The translations under genes were made by a program, and so were the position numbers. The notes beneath the pieces were generated by a model, which saw only the letters and a program-made list of their open reading frames with translations, ran no database searches and was not told the DNA's origin. A stretch of DNA of 64,000 nt from Terriglobia bacterium (GTDB taxonomy: Bacteria; Acidobacteriota; Terriglobia; Bryobacterales; UBA6623): the NCBI GenBank assembly GCA_963824095.1, contig CAWGNS010000009.1:128256-192255 (forward strand), in the 5' to 3' direction. Positions within the stretch are counted from its first letter, which is position 1, and every line of letters begins with the position of its first letter. Below are positions 44,529-53,639 of the stretch, piece after piece.

Positions 44529-46943
44529 CTACTCATGGCGCAGCGTCACCGCGGGATCCACCGCCGCCGCCCGCCGCGCGGGCACATAACTCGCCAGCAG
44601 CGCCGCTGCCAGCAAGACAACAAAGGCCCAGGCGAAAGCCAGCGGATCGGTCGCCGTCACGGAGTAGAGCATATTCGAGATCAGGCGCGTGAGCGCCAGC
44701 GCGCCGGCCACGCCCAGCGCCAGGCCTGCACATGTCAGGCCGAGCCCACGCCGCACGAACATCGCCGTCACGTCGTGCGCGCGTGCTCCCAGCGCCAGGC
44801 GCACGCCGATTTCGCGCACGTGCGTTGCGACCGTGTAGGCGATGACCCCGTAGATGCCGATCGCGGCGAGCGCCAGCGCCAGGGCGGAAAACACGCCGAG
44901 CAGCAGCGTCTGGAAGCGGGGCTCGGCCATGGAATTCCAGACCACCTGCTCCATCGTCGAGACCTCGTAGACCGGAATGTTGGGGTCGGCTTCCGTCACC
45001 GACTGCCGCAGCACTTCCGCCATTGAATCCGGATCGGACTGGGTGCGGACCACGAACGACATCATCGGCAGGAAGAACATGCTGTCCACCTGCCGGTAGG
45101 GCAGATAGAGAGCGGGCGGCGGCTCTTCGGCGAGATTGCTTTGCGTGATGTCGCCAACGACGCCAACCACCGTCGCCCAGGGCGCGACGCCGGGTAGATC
45201 GGCGTCGAGTTGCCGCCCCACGGGATCCTGATCTTTCCAGAGAAGGTGCGCCAGTTTCTCGCTGATGATGACGGCTGGCGCGGAATCCTCGCGGTCGGCG
45301 GCGGTGAACCCGCGTCCTCGCCGCAAGGGGATCCCCATCGCGCCGAAGTAGCCGGGGCTGATGAGGATCTTGCTGGCATAGACTTCGTCGCGGCCGGAGG
45401 CGCGCGCCTGGATCGAGACCGAGCCACGCAGCAGCATCTGGCTCAACGGCCTCCAGTTGACGACCCCGGCGGTAAGGACGCCGGGCTGCGTGTTCAGCCT
45501 TTCGAGCACCGAGCTGTAGAAGGCCCTCATCTGCTGCGGCGTCCGGTAAACCGGCTGTGGCAGCGAGACGCTCATCGAAAGCACGTGGTCGGGCCGGAAG
45601 CCGGGGTCGACGTCGAGCAGGCGCGAGAAGCTGCGCAGGAGCAGAGCGGCGCCGGTCAGCAGCACCACGGCCATGGCCGTTTCGCCGACGATGAGCAGGG
45701 CGCGAAAGCGGCGCGCGCGGGTGGATCCGGTAGTCCGCGTACTTTCTTTGAGGAACGGCGCGATCTCGGCGCGGGCGGCGCGCCAGGCCGGGGCGAGGCC
45801 GAACAACAGCGCCGCGAGCAGAGAGATCAGCAGCCCGAAAGCGAAGACGCGCCAGTCGATGGCGACTTCGGCCAGCCGCGGAATCTTGTTTGCGGGGATG
45901 ATCGAGACCAACAGGGTGCTGCCCCAAAGGGCAAACAGAAAGGCGAGCGAGCCGCCTAGGAACGTCAGTACGCTGCTTTCGATCAGCAACTGGCGAGCAA
46001 GCCGCCAGCGCCCGGCGCCGAGCGCGGCGCGCACCGTGATCTCGCGCTGCCGCTGTTCACTGCGCGCCAGCGCCAGGTGCGCCACGTTGGCGCAGGCGAT
46101 CAGCAGAACGAAACCGACCGCGCCCAGAAACAGCCACAGGGCCGAACGAACCTGGCCGACGATCGAATCCTGCAGGCCGACGGCGCGCAGGCCCATGTGC
46201 GCGTTCTCGCCGCCGCTCTGCGCGGCGAACGTGGCGGCAAACGTGTCAAGCTCGGCTTGCGCCTGCTCGCTCGAGACGCTGGTTTTGCGGCGCGCGATGA
46301 CCTGCCGGAAGGCATTGTGGCGGTCGGCGCCAAGCTGCGACGGCGCCCAGATTTGCGTCGAGTTGGGAAAGCGGAACGAATCGGGCATCACGCCAACGAC
46401 CGTGAAAGGCTCGCCGTCGAGTTGCACGGTCTGGCCGACGATACCGGGGTCGGCGGCGAACTGGCCGCGCCAGAGCTCGTTGCCGATGACGGCGACGTTG
46501 GCCGGGCCCTGTGCGAAATCCTCGGCTTGGAACGCGCGCCCGAGCGCAGGAGCCAAGCCGAAGACACGGAAGAAATCTTCCGTGACCTTCATTCCCGCAA
46601 GCAACGCCGGCTCGCCCTGGCCCGTCAGTGTCGGCAGCATTCCGTTGTAGGCGGCGACGGCGTCAAACGAGCGGTTCTGATCGCGCAGTTGGGCGATATC
46701 GGGATCGAAGAACGCCCCGGCCGCCGGTGCGCCCGGCTTGCGGGTGTCGTAGGCGCCGACCATGACGAGCTGCGCGGGGTCCGGGTAAGGCAGCGGCCGC
46801 AGCAGAACGGCGTTGACGACGGTGAACATGGCGACGTTCGAGCCGATGCCAAGAGCGAGAGTCAAAACCGCGACCGCGGTGAACCCCGGATTCCGCCGCA
46901 GTTGCCGGAAGGCGAAGCGAAGGTCTTGCAGAAGGTCGTTCAT
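44529..46943 (-). CDS. ADOP-type duplicated FtsX/MacB-like orphan permease, tandem copy 2
   Basis: I moved the start to ATG 46943: MNDLLQDLRFAFRQLRRNPGFTAVAVLTLALGIGSNVAMF. FtsX blocks ...[35 protein letters not shown] and ...REIGVRLALGARAHDVTAMFVRRG. C-terminal DPAVTLRHE. Confidence 0.85.
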   Translation of the reverse strand: MNDLLQDLRFAFRQLRRNPGFTAVAVLTLALGIGSNVAMFTVVNAVLLRPLPYPDPAQLVMVGAYDTRKPGAPAAGAFFDPDIAQLRDQNRSFDAVAAYNGMLPTLTGQGEPALLAGMKVTEDFFRVFGLAPALGRAFQAEDFAQGPANVAVIGNELWRGQFAADPGIVGQTVQLDGEPFTVVGVMPDSFRFPNSTQIWAPSQLGADRHNAFRQVIARRKTSVSSEQAQAELDTFAATFAAQSGGENAHMGLRAVGLQDSIVGQVRSALWLFLGAVGFVLLIACANVAHLALARSEQRQREITVRAALGAGRWRLARQLLIESSVLTFLGGSLAFLFALWGSTLLVSIIPANKIPRLAEVAIDWRVFAFGLLISLLAALLFGLAPAWRAARAEIAPFLKESTRTTGSTRARRFRALLIVGETAMAVVLLTGAALLLRSFSRLLDVDPGFRPDHVLSMSVSLPQPVYRTPQQMRAFYSSVLERLNTQPGVLTAGVVNWRPLSQMLLRGSVSIQARASGRDEVYASKILISPGYFGAMGIPLRRGRGFTAADREDSAPAVIISEKLAHLLWKDQDPVGRQLDADLPGVAPWATVVGVVGDITQSNLAEEPPPALYLPYRQVDSMFFLPMMSFVVRTQSDPDSMAEVLRQSVTEADPNIPVYEVSTMEQVVWNSMAEPRFQTLLLGVFSALALALAAIGIYGVIAYTVATHVREIGVRLALGARAHDVTAMFVRRGLGLTCAGLALGVAGALALTRLISNMLYSVTATDPLAFAWAFVVLLAAALLASYVPARRAAAVDPAVTLRHE

Positions 46944-46953
46944 GTTGATTTCC

Positions 46954-46978
46954 GTGGAACAGACAATTCTGTCTGTTC
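46954..46978 (-). promoter_or_regulatory. Conserved leader module, copy L3 upstream of ADOP copy 2
   Basis: The minus strand reads GAACAGACAGAATTGTCTGTTCCACGGAAATCAACATG. The stem is 9 bp and ends 9 nt before the ATG. It occupies most of the 58-nt intergenic gap. Confidence 0.5.
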
Positions 46979-47001
46979 GGCTAGAGACGAGGCCGTGCCG
47001 G

Positions 47002-49413
47002 CTATTCGTGGCGCAACGCCACCATCGGGTCGACTCTGCTGGCACGGCGGGCGGGGAGATATACAGCCAAAAAACCGGCCGTGCTAAGCAAAACCGACAC
47101 CGCCGCGAACGTCAGCGGATCCAGCGGCGAAACCGCAACGAGTTGACTCGCGATCAAACGCGTCAACACCGCCGAGCCTGCCAACCCAACTACCAAACCG
47201 AAGGCGATCAGCTTCGTGCCTTCGCGGAGGAACAAGCGCACCACCTCGCTACTCTCGGCCCCCAACGCCAAACGCAAGCCGATCTCCTGGCTGCGCTGGC
47301 GCACTCCGTGGGCCACTGACCCGAAAATCCCGAGCAGCGCCAGCAGCAGAGCGATCGACGCAAGAACCCCGAGCAACCAGGCCCGAAAGCGCCTTACCAC
47401 AACGGCTATGTCTTGCCAGTAGGCTCGTTCCATCTGTCGCGTCGTCACGGGGTAGCGGGGCTCGACCTTCAACATCGCGGCGCGTACCGAGCGAGCCACT
47501 TGTTCGGGCGGTGCGAGGCACGTGACGATGAACTGCACGCTGGAATCGGGGTTCTGCAAAAACGGCGTATAGATCGTGGGGCGGACCCGGAGGTCCCTGC
47601 TTACCGACCTGGTGTCAGCGGCTACGCCGATCACCCGATACGCGGTGGACTTCTCGCGGTCCTGCTCAAATACCTGCAACGTCTTCCCGACGGCCGGCTC
47701 GCCGGGCCACACGCCCCGCGCCAAGGTCTCATTCACTATGGCGACGTTGGGCGAACCTTGGTCATCCCGATCCTCAAAGGGCAGGCCGGCGATCAAGGGG
47801 ATTTCCAACACCTGGAAAAAATTGGGGCTGACGGAGGTGACATAGGCGCGTTCGGCACTCTTCGCCCGGCCTTCATCAGCGAAAGAGCGAAGGTTATGCG
47901 CGTCGGGCAGCGGCAGGTACGAAGCTACAGCGACGGCGCCGACCGCGGGGAGGCGGCCGATTTGCTCGAGGCCCTCGCGATAGTATGTACGCTGTTTTTC
48001 CGGAGATTGGTACTCCCGCCAGGCGTATTCGGCGCGGCTAACGATCTTCTGCGAGGGATCGAAGCCCAGATCAACCGGCCGCGTCAACCAGAAGGTTCGA
48101 AGCAGCAAACCCGCGCCGACCAGCAGCACCATCGACAACGCGAATTCGCTGATAATCATGACGCCGCGAAAGCGACGAAACCGGCGATCGGCTGAGCCTA
48201 CGATGCCGGTTCGCGACAACATGGAACGCAAGGGCTGAACCACCAGAGCCAGAGCCGGCCCAAGTCCGAAGACGACGGCGGTCATCAAAGAGACGCCCAG
48301 CGTGAACAGAGCCACCCTCGGATCGATGGCAACCTGATCCAGGCGCGGAGTGTTCCCGGGAGCCAACCGCACGACGACCGGCAAAGCCCACCAAGCCATT
48401 AAAAGACCGAGGGAGCCTCCCGCGACCGCCAGCAGAACGCTTTCCGCGAGCAGTTGCCGGATGAGTCGAAGGGCCCTTGCGCCAAGGGCCGCCCGGACCG
48501 CGATTTCGCTCTGACGGGCGGGGACGCGAGCGAGCAGGAGATGGGCAAGATTGGCGCACGCCAGCAACAGAACGAAGCTCACCGCCCCCAATAGAAACAG
48601 CATGTCGTCGCGCTGCCCTCCGATCAGATCATCGAGAACGGTTGACGATAGGACGCGCGAGCCGGAACGTATTGCGAGGCTTGGCAAGCGTGCGGGCAGC
48701 GTTGCCAGGTAGGCTTGCACTTCCTCGGAGGAACGACCCGGGGCGACTCGAGCCATGACATTCAGCCCATAGTCCCATTCGCGAAACACGTTGCTCGTCT
48801 CGAGAGGGGCCCAGAGTTCGATCTTGGGTCCCCAGGTGTGCGGCCCCTGGAAGTTCGGCGGGAGAATCCCGATGATCGAGTAGGTCCCTTCGGCCAGATG
48901 AAGGACGCGACCCAAGGCTCTCGGATCACCGCCCAGGCGGTTTTGCCAGAAGCCGTAGCTGACGACCGCGGCGGGCGAGGCGCCAGGCTGGGCATCCACA
49001 GGAAGAAAGGCCCGGCCCGCGAAGGGGAGGACTCCCAACAGATCGAAGAAATTCGTCGTGACGAGACTACCCGAAATCCAGACAGGACCTTCCTCAGTTT
49101 GAAGCACGCCACCGCCCCCGCTCATGAAGGCGGCAACGTTCTCGAATAAGCCAGGCTGTTGTTTGAGGGCGTTGAAATCGGCAAGTTTAAAGCTATCGGT
49201 CCGGGCCTCTCCTTGCCGCTGAAATTCCAATAGCAGCAGACGGTCGGGGTCGCGATACGGCAGCGGGCGAAAGACAACCGTGTCAACGATGCTGAAAACT
49301 AGCGTCGTTGAACCAATGCCGAGGGCGAGCACAAAGATAGCCACCAGGCTGAAACCCGGAGTTCGCCCGAGCATCCGCAGGCCGTAGCGAAAATCCCGCA
49401 GCAAATCGTACAT
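47002..49413 (-). CDS. ADOP-type duplicated FtsX/MacB-like orphan permease, tandem copy 3
   Basis: ATG 49413 gives MYDLLRDFRYGLRMLGRTPGFSLVAIFVLALGIGSTTLVF, matching the paralog N-termini. GTG 49425, 3 nt after the upstream stop, is an alternative. FtsX blocks ...LLLACANLAHLLLARVPARQSEIAVRAALGAR and ...QEIGLRLALGAESSEVVRLFLREG. C-terminal DPMVALRHE. Confidence 0.85.
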   Translation of the reverse strand: MYDLLRDFRYGLRMLGRTPGFSLVAIFVLALGIGSTTLVFSIVDTVVFRPLPYRDPDRLLLLEFQRQGEARTDSFKLADFNALKQQPGLFENVAAFMSGGGGVLQTEEGPVWISGSLVTTNFFDLLGVLPFAGRAFLPVDAQPGASPAAVVSYGFWQNRLGGDPRALGRVLHLAEGTYSIIGILPPNFQGPHTWGPKIELWAPLETSNVFREWDYGLNVMARVAPGRSSEEVQAYLATLPARLPSLAIRSGSRVLSSTVLDDLIGGQRDDMLFLLGAVSFVLLLACANLAHLLLARVPARQSEIAVRAALGARALRLIRQLLAESVLLAVAGGSLGLLMAWWALPVVVRLAPGNTPRLDQVAIDPRVALFTLGVSLMTAVVFGLGPALALVVQPLRSMLSRTGIVGSADRRFRRFRGVMIISEFALSMVLLVGAGLLLRTFWLTRPVDLGFDPSQKIVSRAEYAWREYQSPEKQRTYYREGLEQIGRLPAVGAVAVASYLPLPDAHNLRSFADEGRAKSAERAYVTSVSPNFFQVLEIPLIAGLPFEDRDDQGSPNVAIVNETLARGVWPGEPAVGKTLQVFEQDREKSTAYRVIGVAADTRSVSRDLRVRPTIYTPFLQNPDSSVQFIVTCLAPPEQVARSVRAAMLKVEPRYPVTTRQMERAYWQDIAVVVRRFRAWLLGVLASIALLLALLGIFGSVAHGVRQRSQEIGLRLALGAESSEVVRLFLREGTKLIAFGLVVGLAGSAVLTRLIASQLVAVSPLDPLTFAAVSVLLSTAGFLAVYLPARRASRVDPMVALRHE

Positions 49414-49428
49414 GTTCCGAGGCACCGC

Positions 49429-51954
49429 CTACTCGTAGCGCAGCGCCACCATCGGATTCACCCGCGCAGCGCGCCGGGCCGGAAGGTACGCCGCCAGGGC
49501 GGCTACGCCCAGCAACACCGCTGCCGCCAGCGTGAACGCCAGCGGATCGGTTGGCGAGGTGTCGTAAAGCAGGTTCGCCAACAGCCGGGTACTCGCGAAC
49601 GCCGCGACCAGGCCGGCCGCCGCGCCGATGACCACCAGCAGCAGCGATTCGCGCAGAACCATCCACAACACCGAGCGCTGCTCGGCGCCCAGCGCCATGC
49701 GAATGCCGATTTCGCTGGTGCGGCGCGAGACCGCGTAACTCATCACGCCGAACAGCCCGATCGAGGCCAGCAGCAGCGCCAGCAGGCCGAAGAACGTCGT
49801 CAGGTTGGTCATCAGGCGTTCCTGCTGCAGCGCGCGGTCGACTTGCGCGTCCATGGTGATCACCGAGCGCACCGGCAGATTGCGGTCGACTTCGGCCAGG
49901 GCCTGCTTGACCTCGCCCGTCAAGGCCGTCGTGTCGCCCCGCGTGCGAATCTCGAGCGACTGCAGCATCTGGGGCTCTTGATACACCGGCAGGAATGCCA
50001 GTTCCGGCTCTTCCTCGCGCATATCGTTGTACTTGGCATCGCGAGCAACGCCGACGATTTCGATGTTGGTTGTCTTGCCGTCGAAGCCGATGTGGCCCCC
50101 CAGGGCCGAGCGGCCCGCAAAGTAGCGCTCGGCGAACTTCTGGTTCACGATGGCTACCGGTGCGCCGCCGGTGCGGTCGTGTTCGTCGAACACGCGTCCC
50201 TCGGCCAGCGTCATGCCCACGGTTTCGAAATAGCCCGGCGTCACATGCATTTGCCTCACGTTGCTCGGCTCGTCTTTGCCGGGCGTATAGCCTTCCACCT
50301 GCGCGCTCGAACTGCGCCGCGCGCCGCTCAACAGCGGCATGAACGACACGCTCGCCGACTCGACCCCGGGAATCGCCTGCATGCGGTCGCGGATCTTGCG
50401 ATAAAGCTCAGTCAGCCGCTCGGGCTTCTCTTCCGAGTAGCCGGCGCCGCGCGGATCGATGCCGACCAACAGGAGTTTTTCGGGCCGGAAGCCGAGGTTC
50501 AGACTGCGCAGGTTTCGCAGGCTGCCGACGAAGAGTCCGGCGCCCACCAGCAGCAGCAGCGACAGCGCCACCTGGGTCACCACCAGCCCTTTGCTGAGCG
50601 TGAAGCGCGAGGTCTCGCCGATGGTGCCGCGCGATTGAACCTTGAGCGTGGGAGCGAGATCGAGCCGCGTGGCGCGCAGTGCCGGCGCCAGTCCGAACAG
50701 CAGGCCGGTGAGCACCGATATCGCCAAGGTGAAGCCGAGCACGCGCGCATCGGGATCGAGGTTGAGCGGGATCGTCTCCGCGCTGGCGTACACCATGCGC
50801 ACCAGGAACTGTGTCGCCCAAGGCGCGATCAACAAGCCGGCCAGGCCGCCGGCGCCGGCGAGCAGCAGACTTTCGGTCAACAACTGCCGCACCAGCCGCC
50901 CGCGGCTGGCGCCCAGGGCGAGCCGCACACCGACTTCCTTGCGGCGTCCCGCGGCGCGCGCCAGCAGCAGGTTGGCGACGTTGGCGCAGGCGATCAGCAA
51001 CACCAGCCCGACCACGCCCATCAGCAGGAACAAGGGTTGTTCATAGTTGCGGCGCAGCGACGAAAGAGCCTGCTGGGCCGGAACGATTTCGACGTGCCGC
51101 TGCGCAAGCCTGCGTTCCCGGTCGGGCGAGAGTTCACCGCCCGCTTCGGCGCGCAACGCCTGCTGGAACTCGAGGGTCATCGCCGCGCTGGCCTGCTTGA
51201 CCGTGACGCCCGGTTTCAAGCGGCCCAGCAACAGCAGGAACGACACCTTACGATCATTGAGCATCGGCCCAAAACGCGAGATTTCCTGCTGCATCGCCAG
51301 CGGAGCGAAGATGTCGGCATCTTGGCCGACCGTTTCGCCCCGAAAACCCTTCGGAGCCACTCCAAGGACCGAGTAGGCCTGCCCGTTGAGGAGCAGGCTC
51401 CTGCCAACGATCGAAGGATCGGAAGCGAATCGCCGTTGCCAGTAACCATGCGTCAACACCACCACCGGATGCGCTCCGGCGGTGACATCGTCGGGGGGAT
51501 GGATGAGCCGCCCCAGGAGCGGCTGAATCCCCAAAACATCGAAGTAGTTGCCGCTGACCACGCGCGCGTTGGCCGCCTCCGGCTGCGCATCCGGACGCGC
51601 CGCGCTGTCGCGCATGTAGACGGTGTGGTCCATGCTATCGATGGCGGCCAGACTCTGAAAGATTGCGTTGCCGTCCCGCAGGTCTTTGTAGAGCGGGTAG
51701 GAATACAGCACGGTCGACCGATTGACCGGGTCGTCTTCGCCGTTGATGCCGCGGCCCATTCCTTGTCCGAAGACAGCCAGTTCCTGCGGATCTTTGACGG
51801 GCAGCATTTTGAGCACGACGGCGTCGAGCAGCGTGAAGATGGCGGTGTTGGCGCCGATGCCGAGCGCCAGCGAGAGCACGGCGACGGCGGTGAAGCCGGG
51901 GTTGTTGCGGAACATCCGCAGCGCGTAACGCAGGTCTCCGAAAAGGTAGCTCAT
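49429..51954 (-). CDS. ADOP-type duplicated FtsX/MacB-like orphan permease, tandem copy 4
   Basis: I moved the start to ATG 51954 (GGAG RBS): MSYLFGDLRYALRMFRNNPGFTAVAVLSLALGIGANTAIFT. FtsX blocks ...LVLLIACANVANLLLARAAGRRKEVGVRLALGASR and ...SEIGIRMALGAEQRSVLWMVLRES. C-terminal NPMVALRYE. Confidence 0.85.
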   Translation of the reverse strand: MSYLFGDLRYALRMFRNNPGFTAVAVLSLALGIGANTAIFTLLDAVVLKMLPVKDPQELAVFGQGMGRGINGEDDPVNRSTVLYSYPLYKDLRDGNAIFQSLAAIDSMDHTVYMRDSAARPDAQPEAANARVVSGNYFDVLGIQPLLGRLIHPPDDVTAGAHPVVVLTHGYWQRRFASDPSIVGRSLLLNGQAYSVLGVAPKGFRGETVGQDADIFAPLAMQQEISRFGPMLNDRKVSFLLLLGRLKPGVTVKQASAAMTLEFQQALRAEAGGELSPDRERRLAQRHVEIVPAQQALSSLRRNYEQPLFLLMGVVGLVLLIACANVANLLLARAAGRRKEVGVRLALGASRGRLVRQLLTESLLLAGAGGLAGLLIAPWATQFLVRMVYASAETIPLNLDPDARVLGFTLAISVLTGLLFGLAPALRATRLDLAPTLKVQSRGTIGETSRFTLSKGLVVTQVALSLLLLVGAGLFVGSLRNLRSLNLGFRPEKLLLVGIDPRGAGYSEEKPERLTELYRKIRDRMQAIPGVESASVSFMPLLSGARRSSSAQVEGYTPGKDEPSNVRQMHVTPGYFETVGMTLAEGRVFDEHDRTGGAPVAIVNQKFAERYFAGRSALGGHIGFDGKTTNIEIVGVARDAKYNDMREEEPELAFLPVYQEPQMLQSLEIRTRGDTTALTGEVKQALAEVDRNLPVRSVITMDAQVDRALQQERLMTNLTTFFGLLALLLASIGLFGVMSYAVSRRTSEIGIRMALGAEQRSVLWMVLRESLLLVVIGAAAGLVAAFASTRLLANLLYDTSPTDPLAFTLAAAVLLGVAALAAYLPARRAARVNPMVALRYE

Positions 51955-51989
51955 GCTTTCGCTCCTGGAACGAACCGCTGCCCACGACC

Positions 51990-52017
51990 GTGGGATAGAC
52001 AATCCTGTCTGGTCCCA
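51990..52017 (-). promoter_or_regulatory. Conserved leader module, diverged copy L4 upstream of ADOP copy 4
   Basis: The minus strand reads GGGACCAGACAGGATTGTCTATCCCACGG. It has the same CAGACAGGATTGTCT core and ends 35 nt before ATG 51954. Confidence 0.4.
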
Positions 52018-52406
52018 CTAGGGACCGGCAATTCCGCTGGTCGCCCGCCGGGTCAGCCGTGGGCAGGCCACGCTCACTGCCTCCGCTCGAAAGATCCTCA
52101 CGGATATGCACCTCGGATGCCGCACCCGATCGGTTCGTAAATCTAGGAATCTAAAGGAGAAAGAGGGGGCGCTGGCCGTCCGCTTCTGGGAAAGTGTGTC
52201 TCGGAACCGGGATCGGGGCGCGGGGAAGCGCCGTACGTGGGTAGCAATTCGGGAAACGACTCGCTGCCGCCGCCGGGGCCGGCGTGGCATGCGGCCCGCA
52301 CCACCTCCGGTGCGGACCTTTCGCCGGGCTTGTAGCTCTGTTGCCCGGCCCGCGGCGTGGATGTCCGGGCCGTAAGAAATGCGCCGTAAGAAATCAGTTG
52401 GCGGAA

Positions 52407-53633
52407 CTACTCGGTTTGCTCCGCGGTATGCTCCCCGGCATCGTGCACGGTGACCTCGGCGCCATCTTTGAGATCGTTGCTGGGATGGACCACGACCTGG
52501 TCGCCCTCGTTGAGTCCGGAAACCACCTCGGCGGTCAATCCGCTGCGGTGGCCAACCTCAACCACGCGCCGCGCCGCCTTGCCTTCCGCAATCACGAAAA
52601 CAGCCCAGCCGTCGCCGTGGCGAAACAAGGCGCTGGCGGGAACCTGCAGCACGTTCTGGCCTTCCCAGAGAATGAAAACCGCCTCGACGCGATAGCCGTC
52701 GCCGAGCCGTTCCCACTGCTCGTGGGGTGAAGTGAAGTCGGCGATGACCAGGACGCGCTGCTCTTCGACGCCCAGAGCCGACACCTTGGTAAACCCGAAC
52801 GGCTCAACGGTGCGCACGATGCCTTCGAGGGGCTGGTCGCCGCCCCAACGCTCGAACAACACGCGCGTGCCGGGGGCGATGCGCACGGCGTCGGATGAAA
52901 GCACTTCGATCTGCACTTCAAGCGTACGCGGGCTCCCCATCTCGAGCAGCGATTCGCCGGCGTTGACCACGCCCTCACTTTCGCGAAAGCGCTTCAGGAC
53001 GCGCCCCGCGGTCGGCGCCCGCACCTCGACAAGCTCCGCCGGCGCCGTGTGGCTCGCCGCCGTGAAGTTCTTCAAAGCGACCCGCGCGGCTTCCAGTTCG
53101 CGCTCGGCCACGGTGACGTTGGCCTGCGAGGTTTCGAGGTTGGCCTTGGTGCGGCGGGCTTCGGTCTCGGCCCGATCGAGCTGTTCGCGGGGAATGGTCC
53201 CGGCGTCATAGAGCGATTGCAGGCGCGCCAGCTCTGATTCGGCAAAGCGCGCGTCCTCGGCGGCGACGCGCGTCGATTCCTGCGACGCTTGCAGCGAAGC
53301 CTGTGCCGTCTCGATGCGTGCTTCGGCCTCGGCGCGGCTGCGCGGGTCGAGCGCGCTTGAGCGCAGCGGCTCCAGGCGCGCCACGATCTGCCCGCCGCGC
53401 ACGCTATCGCCGACCTCGAGCGCTATCCGCTGCAGAAAGCCGCTCACTGGCGCCGAAATCACGTAGCGGTCGACCACCCGCGTCTTGCCTTCCTCGCGCA
53501 CGGTGACGCGCAGCAGCCCACGGGTCACCGGGGCGGCGTCGACGAGCACTGGCTGCGGCAGAAAGCCGTAGCCGATCGCCATTACGACGACAATCAGTGC
53601 GATGATCCAGCCGATTTTTCTGCGCCACTTCAT
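52407..53633 (-). CDS. Periplasmic adaptor subunit (HlyD/MacA family)
   Basis: N-terminal anchor IGWIIALIVVVMAIGYGFL. Central coiled coil (EAEARIETAQASLQAS...LETSQANVTVAERELEAARVAL) is flanked by beta-barrel segments. The start lies 6 nt after the permease stop. Confidence 0.8.
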   Translation of the reverse strand: MKWRRKIGWIIALIVVVMAIGYGFLPQPVLVDAAPVTRGLLRVTVREEGKTRVVDRYVISAPVSGFLQRIALEVGDSVRGGQIVARLEPLRSSALDPRSRAEAEARIETAQASLQASQESTRVAAEDARFAESELARLQSLYDAGTIPREQLDRAETEARRTKANLETSQANVTVAERELEAARVALKNFTAASHTAPAELVEVRAPTAGRVLKRFRESEGVVNAGESLLEMGSPRTLEVQIEVLSSDAVRIAPGTRVLFERWGGDQPLEGIVRTVEPFGFTKVSALGVEEQRVLVIADFTSPHEQWERLGDGYRVEAVFILWEGQNVLQVPASALFRHGDGWAVFVIAEGKAARRVVEVGHRSGLTAEVVSGLNEGDQVVVHPSNDLKDGAEVTVHDAGEHTAEQTE

Positions 53634-53639
53634 GCGTAT

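Noticed and set aside
52370-52394. Direct repeat CCGTAAGAAAT x2 (14-nt period) just after the adaptor gene stop
   Set aside because: There are only two short copies, no palindromic character and no recurrence elsewhere in the window. This is insufficient to call a binding site.
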